Virus record (IMG/VR): IMGVR_UViG_3300048998_000202
From: a virus
Taxonomy: Duplodnaviria > Caudoviricetes
Reading direction: 5' to 3' (one strand)
DNA: 64,000 nt
The position numbers and the translations under genes are program-made. Shown here piece after piece: positions 48,768-58,120 of this stretch (positions are counted from its first letter, which is position 1; the number at the start of each line of letters is the position of its first letter). The notes below the pieces were generated by a model, which ran no database searches, was not told where the DNA came from, and was given only the letters and a program-made list of their open reading frames with translations.

Positions 48768-50882
48768 TCAGACCTCCTGAAGTCCGGAGGCGTAGAACGT
48801 CTCGGGGTCGACCTCGATGTGGCGGCGTACGCCGACCACCTTGGGGTCGGCGAACTTGCCGATGGGGTCCCACTCGCTCAGCGGCACGTCCTCGGGACGC
48901 TCGCGCGGCTGGTGATGCTGGCGGGCGGCCGTACGGGTGCGTTCGGACTGCCGGAAGAGTGCGGCGGGCTTGGGCATCCCCGCGCGCATCTCGTCGGACT
49001 CGGGCGGGCGCTGGCTGCCCTCTGCGGGGGCCTCACCGCCGGTCTCGGTGCCGTCCACGGGGGTGGCGGGCATGCCGGGCATGGGGACGCCTCCGGCGGG
49101 CTGGTCGCCCATGAGGTCCATCTGGGTGGGGGCGAGGTTGGGGGTGGGGACGACGTCATCGGTGCCGAGCATGGGGGCGCGCATGCCCTCCATGGCGGGG
49201 TTGGCGGGAGCCATGGCCTGCTGGGCTTGGGGCTGGAAGTCCGTCTTGAGGTCGAGGGGGATGGGCAGGCCCTTGTCCTTGAGGCCCTGGTAGATCTTTT
49301 TGCGGGTCTCCTGCTCGGCGATGGCGAGCTGGACCTGTTCGTCCTGGGTGCGTTCCACCTCGTCGTCGAAGTCGATGCCGGAGGCGGTGAGGCGGGTCTT
49401 CATCGAGACGGGGACGCCTGCGGCACGCAGGGCCTCGAAGAACTCGCGTTCGGCGGACTCGTCGGTGAGGGACATGGTCTGCATGACCAGCTCGGGGACG
49501 AGGAGCTTGGGCTGCTCTACGATGCGCTCGTTGCCGGTCTCCTCGTCGATTTCGAGGATCTCTTCCATCTTGACGTAGCGCTTGCCGTTGCGTTCGTCGT
49601 AGTCGTAGTGCTCCTGGGCTTCGGCGACGACCAGGGCGCGCTGGTGGAAGTGGCGCTTGATCATGTCCTGGTAGGTGGTGAGGAGCTGGGAGACCAGGTC
49701 GCGGTTGAGGGCGTCGGCGGCGTAGGTCTCGCCGGAGGAGGCGCCGTTGAGCATGGTCTGGGACAGGCCGAAGGACTGGAGTATGCGATCTTCCAGGCGT
49801 TCGAAGTCGGCCGTCATGTCGGGCATGTTCTCCCGGCCGAAGACGGGTTCCATGGTGACGGCGAAGTTGTGGACGAGGGCGCGGAAGTCGGCGGCGAGGG
49901 CGGCGTCCAGGGACTCCATGAACTCTTCGAGGTCGTCCGGGGTGGGGATCCAGGGGACCTGGGTGCCGAGGTCGGTGGCGGAGGCGCCGAGTTTGACCAG
50001 GACCAGAGGGGTGTAGAGGCGGTCGGCGATGGCGTCCTGGGCGGCGTTGAGCATCTCTTCCTGCATGACGGCTCGCATGGCGCGCATGAGGATGGGGATG
50101 CCGCGTTTGGAGAAGGTGTCGGCCTTGAACTTCATCTGGCGGAGCAGGATGTTGCTGACGGGCATCATGTCGTCGGCCCCGGCGTAGCGGCTGAGCTCGG
50201 GGTAGACCTGCATGAGCTTCTCGTACTCCCAGGCGGGGGAGCGCTTTTGCATGACCTCGCGGATCGTCTCCGGGAGGCGTATGAGGAAGCGGGGGTCCTT
50301 GAGGAAGGCGCTGCGCTGGACCATGACGTCGTCGGGGTTGAGGAGTTCTTCGTCGTCCCAGATGCCCAGGGACTCGTTGAAGGTGGCGAAGGGCCATGCT
50401 TCGCCGACGGTCCAGTATTCGCGGCCGACGTCGAGGAGGAATTCGTCGTAGTTGAGGCCGTCTTCGGTGAAGAAGAGGTCTTCGTAGAACTGGGTGACCT
50501 GTTCGTCCTTGCAGCGCAGTTCCATGCCGAGCAGGGGGTACTTGGTGTAGATGTCGATGCATGAGGCGATGACGGGGTGGGTCTGGTAGAGCAGGCGGCA
50601 GTAGGTGCGGAGTTGCCGGAGCTGGGATTCGTCGTCGACCTCGTAGGGGAGGTTGTTCTGCTTCCAGTAGAACAGCGGGTCGCGGGGGCGGCCGGTGGCG
50701 AAGGCGGTGCTGGGGGTGGCTGCGGATCCTTGCTTGCGCATGGAGACGCGGCGGTTGGCCTTCATCTGCTGGGCTTCTGGGGTGCCGTCGGTTTGTGCTG
50801 TTGCCCCTCGGGTCATGGCCTTGCCGAGGCGCGCGAAGGCGGCCTGCTGGTAGGCGTCGGGCTCGGAGGGGGTGTCAGGCAC
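48768..50882 (-). CDS. Portal protein
   Basis: 704 aa; HPVIASCIDIY, REYWTVGEA, RGIPILMRA; upstream of head genes. Confidence 0.85.
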   Translation of the reverse strand: MPDTPSEPDAYQQAAFARLGKAMTRGATAQTDGTPEAQQMKANRRVSMRKQGSAATPSTAFATGRPRDPLFYWKQNNLPYEVDDESQLRQLRTYCRLLYQTHPVIASCIDIYTKYPLLGMELRCKDEQVTQFYEDLFFTEDGLNYDEFLLDVGREYWTVGEAWPFATFNESLGIWDDEELLNPDDVMVQRSAFLKDPRFLIRLPETIREVMQKRSPAWEYEKLMQVYPELSRYAGADDMMPVSNILLRQMKFKADTFSKRGIPILMRAMRAVMQEEMLNAAQDAIADRLYTPLVLVKLGASATDLGTQVPWIPTPDDLEEFMESLDAALAADFRALVHNFAVTMEPVFGRENMPDMTADFERLEDRILQSFGLSQTMLNGASSGETYAADALNRDLVSQLLTTYQDMIKRHFHQRALVVAEAQEHYDYDERNGKRYVKMEEILEIDEETGNERIVEQPKLLVPELVMQTMSLTDESAEREFFEALRAAGVPVSMKTRLTASGIDFDDEVERTQDEQVQLAIAEQETRKKIYQGLKDKGLPIPLDLKTDFQPQAQQAMAPANPAMEGMRAPMLGTDDVVPTPNLAPTQMDLMGDQPAGGVPMPGMPATPVDGTETGGEAPAEGSQRPPESDEMRAGMPKPAALFRQSERTRTAARQHHQPRERPEDVPLSEWDPIGKFADPKVVGVRRHIEVDPETFYASGLQEV

Positions 50883-51177
50883 GGTTGGGCTCCTGGGGGA
50901 CGATGGCTCGGATGGTGTTGCCGAAGCAGCGGCGGGCGGGCCAGGGGACGCTGGTGGTGTGTTCCAGGGCGGTGAGCAGGCGGTAGTTGTCTGCGCAGGT
51001 GCCGCAGAGGTAGATGTGCTCCCCCGGCTGCTGGGGCACTTCCACGCGATGGACGATCATGGGCCGGGGGCTGTGGAACTTGCTTCCCTGGCAGTCGTGG
51101 TCGTGGGTGGCGGGGGTGCCGGGCAGGATGGCCGTGGGAGTGTCCTGGATGAGCTGGAGGACCTCCCGGGTGATCAC
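50875..51177 (-). CDS. Hypothetical protein (Cys/His)
   Basis: Overlapping operon packing. Confidence 0.55.
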   Translation of the reverse strand: MITREVLQLIQDTPTAILPGTPATHDHDCQGSKFHSPRPMIVHRVEVPQQPGEHIYLCGTCADNYRLLTALEHTTSVPWPARRCFGNTIRAIVPQEPNRA

Positions 51178-51353
51178 TGCGGGGTTTCTCCTGCCTGGCG
51201 CCGGATGGGCTTGGGGCTGAGTACTCCTCTGCGGAGGAGTTCGTTGGCCTCGGGGTCGTCGGGGGTGAATTGGACGGCTTCACCTCGGGTGTGGGTGGCG
51301 GTGGCGTCGGTGTAGTCCACGAGGACGTAGAGGGTGCGGGGGGTGTCGGTCAT
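51174..51353 (-). CDS. Small hypothetical protein
   Basis: MTDTPRTLYVLV...; ATGA overlap with the upstream gene. Confidence 0.55.
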   Translation of the reverse strand: MTDTPRTLYVLVDYTDATATHTRGEAVQFTPDDPEANELLRRGVLSPKPIRRQAGETPQ

Positions 51354-52006
51354 CGTCGGCCTTCCCGGATGCGGTCGAGCACGGTGTCCCGCTGGGCTGG
51401 GGTGGCGTGCTTGATGGCGAGGTGGCGGAGGTAGTTGTCCCAGTTCATGGGGGTTCCGCTGGCGGTGTGGAGGGTGGAGCCCTTGGCGAAGGGGGGTGCG
51501 TTGCCGCCGGAGTCGTCGGGGTCTTCTTCGGGGTCGTCGGGGTCTTGGTCGTCGCCGAAGGGGTTGGCGTCGTCTTGCTGGTCGTCGCCGGGGGGTATGC
51601 CGCCTGCCATGGGGTCGGCCATGGGGTCTTGGCCGGGGGCGGCTGGGGGGCCGCCGATCTGGCCGGGCATGCCGGGGACCTGCATGGGCATGCCGTCGAT
51701 GGTCTGGGGGAAGGCCGGGAACTGCGGCTGGACCTGGACGGTGAAGGTGGTGTGGCAGTACTCGCATTCGGTGGTGCGGTCGCTGCGGGCGATGACCTGT
51801 CCGGAGCCGCAGAAGGGGCAGTGGAAGATCGTGGCGCCGTCGCCGGAGTCGTGGGCGGTCTTCTGGTGGGCCACGTGGGGTTCCTTCCGCTCCCGGGCTA
51901 CTGCTTGGTTGCAGCCCTGGCAGACCATGCGGCCGTCGTCCAGGCGGGTGCGGGGGATGTGGGGGGATGCTTTGCCCCCGCATCGGTCGCAGAATCTGTC
52001 GGCCAC
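51350..52006 (-). CDS. Zn-ribbon protein
   Basis: CDRC, CQGC, CPFC and CEYC motifs. Confidence 0.7.
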   Translation of the reverse strand: MADRFCDRCGGKASPHIPRTRLDDGRMVCQGCNQAVARERKEPHVAHQKTAHDSGDGATIFHCPFCGSGQVIARSDRTTECEYCHTTFTVQVQPQFPAFPQTIDGMPMQVPGMPGQIGGPPAAPGQDPMADPMAGGIPPGDDQQDDANPFGDDQDPDDPEEDPDDSGGNAPPFAKGSTLHTASGTPMNWDNYLRHLAIKHATPAQRDTVLDRIREGRR

Positions 52007-52049
52007 GGTCCACCTCCACTCTTTCGGCGGAGAGGGGGCGGGGTGGACA

Positions 52050-52532
52050 TCAGGAGCTGGTGAAGGCGTCTCGGATGAGGGCGGCTGAGGCGAGGCGGAT
52101 CATCTCGTCGGCTTCGTCTTCGTCGAGGTGGCTGGCGAGGGAGGTGAAGGAGGTGCTGGTGCGGATGCGTTCGGCGACGAGGGCGAGGGCGTCTTCGGCG
52201 ATTTCCTGGAAGGAGGCGAGGCGGCCGGAGTCGGCCATGGCGTTGAGGAGGGCTTCTGAGCCGCCTTCGTCGTATATCTGGCGGGCGGTGAAGGTGCCGA
52301 GTCCGGAGACTTCCAGGGAGTCGTCCAGGGCGTCTTCTACGGCTCCTTGGCGGGGGGTGAGGGGTTCGAGGTCGGTGGTGTCGTGGGGGTGGACTTGGCC
52401 TGTGAGGTTGCCGGTTTTCCATTGGACGTGGGCGCAGTGGCCGGAGACGGCCAGGACGGACCCCTGGTCGCCGGGGGTCAGGGGTCCGTCGGGTGGGCCG
52501 GTGTAGCGGATGCGGGAGCCGTCGTGGATCAC
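52050..52532 (-). CDS. Hypothetical protein (SH3-like N-terminus)
   Basis: 160-aa ORF in the operon. Confidence 0.6.
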   Translation of the reverse strand: MIHDGSRIRYTGPPDGPLTPGDQGSVLAVSGHCAHVQWKTGNLTGQVHPHDTTDLEPLTPRQGAVEDALDDSLEVSGLGTFTARQIYDEGGSEALLNAMADSGRLASFQEIAEDALALVAERIRTSTSFTSLASHLDEDEADEMIRLASAALIRDAFTSS

Positions 52533-52538
52533 AGGCGG

Positions 52539-53942
52539 TTACAGGGCGAGGAGGGGAAGGAGTTCTGCGGCGGCTTCTCCTCCGGCGGCGAGTTCACCTG
52601 CTGCGCCTGCTTCTCCGGCGCCGATGCCCTTGGCGGCTCCCCCGGCTCCGCCTGTTCCGCCTGTTCCGCCTCCGGGGAGTTTGGGCGTGCCGCCGCTGCC
52701 GGGGGGCTTCATGTCGGGCGGGGTCCAGTTTTTGATGGGGCCGGAGATGGGGCCGTCGCCGACGGGTGGGCGGTCACCGTACAGGAGGGGGTTGACGTCC
52801 TCGGCGTGTTTGCTGAGGTAGGTGTCGTAGACCTGTTGGGCGACCTTGCGGCACTGGTGGGCGGAGAGGGTGGGGTTGTACTGGCGGACTTCGGCGGCGA
52901 TGGCGTCGATCTTGCCGGTGTCGTCGTCGGGGGGCTGGGCTCCGGTGGGGGTGGAGTTGGCGCCCTGTTGGATGTCGCCACCGTTCATGGCGGGGTCGAA
53001 CTGGTTGGTGATGCCGTCCATGGCCATGCCGGGGCTGCCGATGCCGCCGTCTTCGGGGAATTGGCGGGGTTTGGTGGTTTCGGCGATGCCGCCCTCCATG
53101 CCGGGGACGGTGGTGGGGCCTTGGGGTCCTGCGGGGCCTTGGGGGGTGTCGTCGGGCTGGCCGGTTTGTCCGGGCGGTCCGTCGGGTCCCTGGGGGCCGT
53201 CGGGGCCTTGGGGTCCTGGGGGTTGCTGGCCGGTCGGGTCGGTGGTGGTGTCGTCCTGGATGTCCTCGCCGGGCGTGCCCGGGGCCCCGTCCGCTGCGTG
53301 CTTGCGGGCAGGGCTAGGGGCGAAAGGGGTGGCACCACCCCACGTGAGGGGGTTTTCTCCTGCGGCGATCTTGGCGGCGAGGGTGGAGAACTTTCCGGCC
53401 CAGGACAGATGGCTGTCTCCGGTGTCGTCCTTGTTCCCGTTGTCGTCGGAATCGGAGTCGTCGGAGTCGCTACTGCTGTCTTCGTCGTCACCGTCTCCGG
53501 TGTCGTCGCTGTCCTCGTCGGCGTCGGAGTCGTCGTTGTTGCCGTCTCCGTTGTTGTCGTCGGAGTCGTCATCAGAGGAGTCGTCATCGTCATGGGACTC
53601 GTCATGCGAGTCGTCATGGGAGTCGTCGTCCTTGGATTCCTTGGAATCGTCCCCGGAGTCGTCCTGAGAATCGTCGGCGAAGGGGTTGTCCTTGGCCTCC
53701 ATCAGCAGGGCGAAGCGCTGATCGAAGACGGCGAGGAGGTCTTCGACGGGGACGTTCGCGGCGGTGGCGTGAAGGGTGATGGGTTCGACGGCCAGCGCGA
53801 CGCGGTCGGTGTATTCCTCGGGGGATTGGGCCTGGGCGAGGAAGGTCCACAGGCCGGAGCTGGCGTGCTTGGCCATTTCCAGGTTGCGGGCCTTGGTCTC
53901 GGCCTCGGCGTCGTAGGACGCTTCGGTCCAGAGGTCGCTCAT
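52539..53942 (-). CDS. Acidic low-complexity putative internal virion protein
   Basis: Long D/S tract; GAGGATTTTAAAATG start context. Confidence 0.65.
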   Translation of the reverse strand: MSDLWTEASYDAEAETKARNLEMAKHASSGLWTFLAQAQSPEEYTDRVALAVEPITLHATAANVPVEDLLAVFDQRFALLMEAKDNPFADDSQDDSGDDSKESKDDDSHDDSHDESHDDDDSSDDDSDDNNGDGNNDDSDADEDSDDTGDGDDEDSSSDSDDSDSDDNGNKDDTGDSHLSWAGKFSTLAAKIAAGENPLTWGGATPFAPSPARKHAADGAPGTPGEDIQDDTTTDPTGQQPPGPQGPDGPQGPDGPPGQTGQPDDTPQGPAGPQGPTTVPGMEGGIAETTKPRQFPEDGGIGSPGMAMDGITNQFDPAMNGGDIQQGANSTPTGAQPPDDDTGKIDAIAAEVRQYNPTLSAHQCRKVAQQVYDTYLSKHAEDVNPLLYGDRPPVGDGPISGPIKNWTPPDMKPPGSGGTPKLPGGGTGGTGGAGGAAKGIGAGEAGAAGELAAGGEAAAELLPLLAL

Positions 53943-53952
53943 TTTAAAATCC

Positions 53953-56217
53953 TCACTTCCCCTGGCGGTCGGCCAGGAGACCGGCCTGGACGCGCTGCCG
54001 AAAGGCCAGAGTCTGGGCCGCCATCACTTGATTGTTGGTGGACATGCCGCCGCCCCCGGTGAGGGCGTCGGCGGGGTTGGGCTGTTCGACGGCCTGTCCG
54101 GCGCCGGGGACGACGGGGGTGCCGAAAGGCTCAGCGCCGTTGTAGGGGGACGGGCCGCCGGGGGCGGCTGCGTTCTGTTCTCCGGCGAGGGGGCCGGGGT
54201 GGCCGGGGCCGTTGATGGGGGTGGAGCCGTCGGCGGCCGGAGAGGTGTTCGGGGCCATGGTGGCGAGGTCCATGGAGGTGGAGGCCGTCAGGTACAGGCC
54301 GGTGCTGGGGACCTCGTTCTTGGCCACTACGCGGGCGGTGACGCGCTTGTGGGCGACGATGCGCTCCCCCAGGGCCGGGAACGCCTGTGCGGCGGTCCTG
54401 TGGGCTTCTACGAACGCGCCCTGGTGGTCGGAGTTGTCGGAGATGCCCGCGTACAGGCCCGCCTCGAACTCCTTGGTGCCGGTGGTGACCAGGCGGGTGC
54501 CGGGAGTCCAGCGAGAGGCGTAGCCGTAGCCCTTGCGGAAGTCGGCGTGCTCGCGCTCGGTGGCGGTGGTGATCAGGGAGCTGATCTTGGTTCCGGCGTG
54601 GGTGACGCCGTTGCCGGGTCCGGCCAGGGAGGCGGGGACGTCGGCGGCCGGGGCCTGGGTGGTCTGGTCCACGCCGGAGTAGCCCTGGGCGTACTGCTGG
54701 GCCGGGGCGGGGATGGCGCTGGAGTTGTCGGCGAAGGTGGGGGCCTGCTGGCCGTTGGCGTCAGCGGTCCCGGCTGCTGCTCCCCCGGCGTTGTCCGCTG
54801 TGGGCGGGGTGGTGGTGGGGGTGTTGGCGACGTTCGGCTGCACCACGGCGTGCGGGGTGTCGGAGTTGCCGAACATGTCGGCCTGCTTGCGGCTGGCGGC
54901 CTTGGGCTGCTGGGGGGTGCCGGGGGCGGCGTTGCCGGTGCCGTTGGTGGTCCACTCGTCCTGCATTTCGCCGTCCAAGGGGAAGGCGACGTCGGGCGGG
55001 ATCGGGGAGGGGGTGTGCGGCTGGTTGTTGGCGTCCACCGTCTCCTGGATCATCGGCAGGCCGGAGGCTGCCGTCTTGCCCTTGGCGCATCCCTTGCAGA
55101 CCATGCCCTCGCGGTCGGCCGCGTTTCCGACGCTGAGGTCAGTCCCGCAGCCGACGCATTTTCCCAGGGAGGCGGCCTTGCTCGCAGTGCGGGCGGCCTG
55201 GGCCTGGGTGGCGAGGTACTGGTCCATGGTCATGGTGTGGCTGATGGCCATGCCGGGTCGGAAGTCCAGGGACGCGGCCTTGGTGTAGTCGGGGCGGTTG
55301 CCGCCCTGTTCGGGGGTGCCGGGGTCGCCGTCGGCCCAGCCGGGGGCGGTGTCGGCCTGCATGCCCTGCGGGGGTGCCCAGGACAGGTCGTTGGTCTCGG
55401 AGTGGCCGCCGGGCTTTTCGGGGGCGCCGCCGTCCGTGCCGGAGCCGCCGCCGACGATCTCCTGGATGAGGGGGGCGCGGTTGGAGTCCTCGGTGCCGGA
55501 GACGCCCTGGTTGATGGGGTCGATCTCGGGGGCGAAGTTGTCGAAGACCTCGGGGTTGAGGGGGGTGGTCTTGGGCTGGTTGTTGCCGTCGATGGTCTGC
55601 TGGATCTGGTCCAGGCCGGAGGCGGCGCTCTTGTGGAGGAACTGGGCGTAGTCCAGGAAGGCGTTCTGGGCGGCTTCGGCCTGGAGGCCGTAGGGTCCGG
55701 CGACGCGGCGGGCCATGCCCTGGGCCTGGATGCCGAATTCCTGGGGGTCGGCCTTGACCATCTGCGGGACGCGGTTGAACCACATGGCGGCTTCGGCGAC
55801 GACCTTGTTCTGCCACTGGTGGTCGGGGGCCTCTTCGGTGCCCAGCCAGTCGGTGGCGGCCGTGTGGTGTTCGTGGACCCGTACGGGGGTGAGGGTGTGG
55901 GAGACCACGGTGTCGGCGAGGTCCAGTTCCCGGTCCTGGGCGGCTTGGGCCCGGATCCCGGTGTCGATCTTGGCGATTTCGTCCAGAAGGCGCTCCTGCT
56001 CCGAGAAGCTCGAAGCCTTCGTGAGCGCCCGGACGAGTTCAGCGCGCTTCTGCACAGCTCCTCCAGCAGTAGTCCGGCGGTTGCGGTGCCGGACCTTTCG
56101 GTCTTCGGGTGACGGATTGGTCCGCACCTTGTGACGGCTGCCCATGGGTTCTTGGGCGCGAAGGTCTTGGGCTCCTGTGGGGAGCAGCCAGTACTCGTCG
56201 TCGTCCAGGTCGTCCAT
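53953..56217 (-). CDS. Putative internal head/structural polyprotein
   Basis: Start MDDLDDDEY after GGAGGAGG and a late-promoter-like motif; repeated AASGL..IQ.T.D.NNQP. Confidence 0.65.
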   Translation of the reverse strand: MDDLDDDEYWLLPTGAQDLRAQEPMGSRHKVRTNPSPEDRKVRHRNRRTTAGGAVQKRAELVRALTKASSFSEQERLLDEIAKIDTGIRAQAAQDRELDLADTVVSHTLTPVRVHEHHTAATDWLGTEEAPDHQWQNKVVAEAAMWFNRVPQMVKADPQEFGIQAQGMARRVAGPYGLQAEAAQNAFLDYAQFLHKSAASGLDQIQQTIDGNNQPKTTPLNPEVFDNFAPEIDPINQGVSGTEDSNRAPLIQEIVGGGSGTDGGAPEKPGGHSETNDLSWAPPQGMQADTAPGWADGDPGTPEQGGNRPDYTKAASLDFRPGMAISHTMTMDQYLATQAQAARTASKAASLGKCVGCGTDLSVGNAADREGMVCKGCAKGKTAASGLPMIQETVDANNQPHTPSPIPPDVAFPLDGEMQDEWTTNGTGNAAPGTPQQPKAASRKQADMFGNSDTPHAVVQPNVANTPTTTPPTADNAGGAAAGTADANGQQAPTFADNSSAIPAPAQQYAQGYSGVDQTTQAPAADVPASLAGPGNGVTHAGTKISSLITTATEREHADFRKGYGYASRWTPGTRLVTTGTKEFEAGLYAGISDNSDHQGAFVEAHRTAAQAFPALGERIVAHKRVTARVVAKNEVPSTGLYLTASTSMDLATMAPNTSPAADGSTPINGPGHPGPLAGEQNAAAPGGPSPYNGAEPFGTPVVPGAGQAVEQPNPADALTGGGGMSTNNQVMAAQTLAFRQRVQAGLLADRQGK

Positions 56218-56372
56218 GTGCCTCCTCCACCCCTTCCCGGCCGGTGGGGGATGTGGGACAGCAAGGAGGGGCTGGAAACGCACTGCGGCCCCCTCCCAGG
56301 GGGTGGGAGGGGGCCTGTGTTAGCAGCGCATCTACGGCGCGTCCCCAGGATCGGGGGTGGGCTGATGGTCTG

Positions 56373-56954
56373 TCAACGGGTGAAGCGGTAGCGGGATTCG
56401 GTGGGTCCGGTCTGGCCCTGGTAGTGGCCGGTCTTGGAGTAGTCGTACATGGGCGGGGTGATGGGTTCGAAGACGATCTGGGCGATGGGCATGCCGGGGT
56501 AGAGCAGGACGGAGACCGGGGCGAGGTTGGCGATCTCCAGGGTGATCTGGCCTTCGAAGCCGGGGTCGATGAATCCGGCGGTGATGTGGACGGCGATGCC
56601 CAGGCGGCCGAGGGAGGACTTGCCTTCCACGCGGGCGGCCATGGCCGGGGACAGGGTGATGGTCTCGGCGGTGGAGGCCAGGATGAACTCGCCGGGGCGC
56701 AGGGTGTGGCCGGTGTGCGGCAGGGTGTGGCCGGTGGTGTGGGTCTGCCAGGAGGGCACCCGGCCGTAGTGGGTGGCGTCGTCGTAGGAGCCGTCGTCGC
56801 GGGTGTCGATGGTGTGGACGTCGGAGCGGAAGATGCGGTAGCCGTCTCCCAGGGTGAGGTCGTAGGAGACGGGTTGGAGGCGGTGGGGGTCGTAGGGGCG
56901 GATGCCTATCCAGTCGTCCTGGACGGCCTTGGCGATCTCGAAGTCATTCAGCAT
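56373..56954 (-). CDS. dcd: dCTP deaminase
   Basis: LQPVSYDLTL, EGKSSLGRLG, AGFIDPGFEGQITLEI and YQGQ motifs. Confidence 0.95.
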   Translation of the reverse strand: MLNDFEIAKAVQDDWIGIRPYDPHRLQPVSYDLTLGDGYRIFRSDVHTIDTRDDGSYDDATHYGRVPSWQTHTTGHTLPHTGHTLRPGEFILASTAETITLSPAMAARVEGKSSLGRLGIAVHITAGFIDPGFEGQITLEIANLAPVSVLLYPGMPIAQIVFEPITPPMYDYSKTGHYQGQTGPTESRYRFTR

Positions 56955-56961
56955 GTGCTTT

Positions 56962-57177
56962 TTAAATTCCTCTTCTGGCGGGATCGGTGATGCGGGCGGC
57001 TTTCTCGGCGAGCTGCCCCTTGCGGGTGCGGGCCTTTTCGGGCAGGGGCTCCGGTTCCGGGAAGGGTTCGCCGGGCCACACAAGATGGAGGGGGGCGTTG
57101 GCGTGGTAGCCGTAGCAGGGGGCGGTCTTGTCGCACCGTACGTAATGGTGGTGGGGGTGCGGTTCGCAGCAGTTCAC
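56962..57177 (-). CDS. Small Cys/His-rich protein
   Basis: GTGA overlap with the upstream ORF. Confidence 0.5.
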   Translation of the reverse strand: MNCCEPHPHHHYVRCDKTAPCYGYHANAPLHLVWPGEPFPEPEPLPEKARTRKGQLAEKAARITDPARRGI

Positions 57178-57383
57178 AGTCGGTAGAGCCCCTCGGTGAC
57201 CTGGTCCAGGACGCCCTGCATGTTGGCGACCTCCAGGTACTGGACGGCGAGCATGATCTTGTCGGCCGGGGTGATGGTGGCGGGGTCGTTGCCGTGGAGC
57301 GTCAAGATGGCGTCCATCCGGGCCAACAGGGCGAGCAGGGGGATGGAGAGCGAGGCGGGAGGGGTCGGAGCGGCGGTGTCCAT
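57174..57383 (-). CDS. Small hypothetical protein
   Basis: RBS GAGGAGG; promoter at 57412-57441. Confidence 0.6.
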   Translation of the reverse strand: MDTAAPTPPASLSIPLLALLARMDAILTLHGNDPATITPADKIMLAVQYLEVANMQGVLDQVTEGLYRL

Positions 57384-57539
57384 GGGGACCTCCTCGTGGC
57401 GAGATCCCTTCACCGTACTCCAAGGTTTCTTGGTAGGGCAAGACTTAGCGGGCATCCCAGACACCCTGGGGTGGCGCTGTACGACTCACCCTCGAAATCG
57501 GGTTGCTCCAACCTTGCTTGGTAGTGCATAGTGAGGCCC

Positions 57540-57611
57540 GGAGCCGGTGCCCAGGCTGGGGTTACTTCACTCTGGTTGGATCGTTCCTCAGCCGCCCGAG
57601 AACTCGGCTTC
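57540..57611 (+). ncRNA. Y RNA-like unit 1 (short)
   Basis: CGGTGCCCAGGC...TACTTC...GAACTCG conserved blocks; closing stem GGAGCCG/CGGCTTC; upstream of Ro60. Confidence 0.65.
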
Positions 57612-57646
57612 ACCCTTGACAACTCCATACGCTCCACAGCGGTGAT

Positions 57647-57786
57647 GGACATCCGGTGCCCAGGCGCGGGTTACTTCACCTGTTAAGTGAGAGGTCGCCG
57701 GTTCGAATCCGGCCCCCGGCTTCGGCCGGGGTAGCTCAGTGGCTAGAGCGCTAACGTCTCCTGCACCGACTCGAACTCGGATGTCC
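57647..57786 (+). ncRNA. yrlA: YrlA-like Y RNA with a circularly permuted tRNA module
   Basis: T arm GGTTCGAATCC precedes a loop-closed acceptor stem and D arm TAGCTCAGTGGCTAGAGC; closing stem GGACATCCG/CGGATGTCC. Confidence 0.8.
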
Positions 57787-57810
57787 TTCTCCGCTGTGGA
57801 TCACGCACCG

Positions 57811-57890
57811 CCTTCCCGGTGCCCAGGCCAGGGCTACTTCCACACGAATCACTCCGTGTTCACGCCTCCGCCGAACTCGAACTCGGGAGG
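57811..57890 (+). ncRNA. Y RNA-like unit 3 (short)
   Basis: Same conserved blocks; closing stem CCTTCCCG/CGGGAGG. Confidence 0.65.
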
Positions 57891-57899
57891 GACCAGCTT

Positions 57900-58044
57900 T
57901 CACGGTCGGTGCCCAGGCAGTGGTTACTTCAATGGGACCGTCGGTCGCAGGTTCGAATCCTGTCCTCCCGGCTCTTCGGGAGGTAGCTCAGTTTGGTTGG
58001 AGCAGCGGTAGTAAGCCCCATCGCCGATTCGAACTCGACCGTGA
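57900..58044 (+). ncRNA. yrlA: YrlA-like Y RNA with a permuted tRNA module
   Basis: GGTTCGAATCC then CCTCCCG..CGGGAGG then TAGCTCAGTTTGGTTGGAGC; closing stem TCACGGTCG/CGACCGTGA. Confidence 0.8.
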
Positions 58045-58047
58045 CTC

Positions 58048-58084
58048 AAGGCCCCTCCTCACCTTTACCGAGGAGGGGCCTTTT
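58048..58084 (+). terminator. Intrinsic terminator
   Basis: AAGGCCCCTCCTC...GAGGAGGGGCCTTTT. Confidence 0.8.
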
Positions 58085-58120
58085 GCATGCCCTCCTCCAT
58101 CCCGCCAGAGAGGATCCACC

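Noticed and set aside
53440-53680. Repeat-like GAC/TCC-rich DNA
   Set aside because: Explained by the Asp/Ser low-complexity protein tract.
57647-58044. Canonical tRNA genes
   Set aside because: The T arm precedes the D arm and the acceptor stem is loop-closed with no CCA end, which fits YrlA-type Y RNA.
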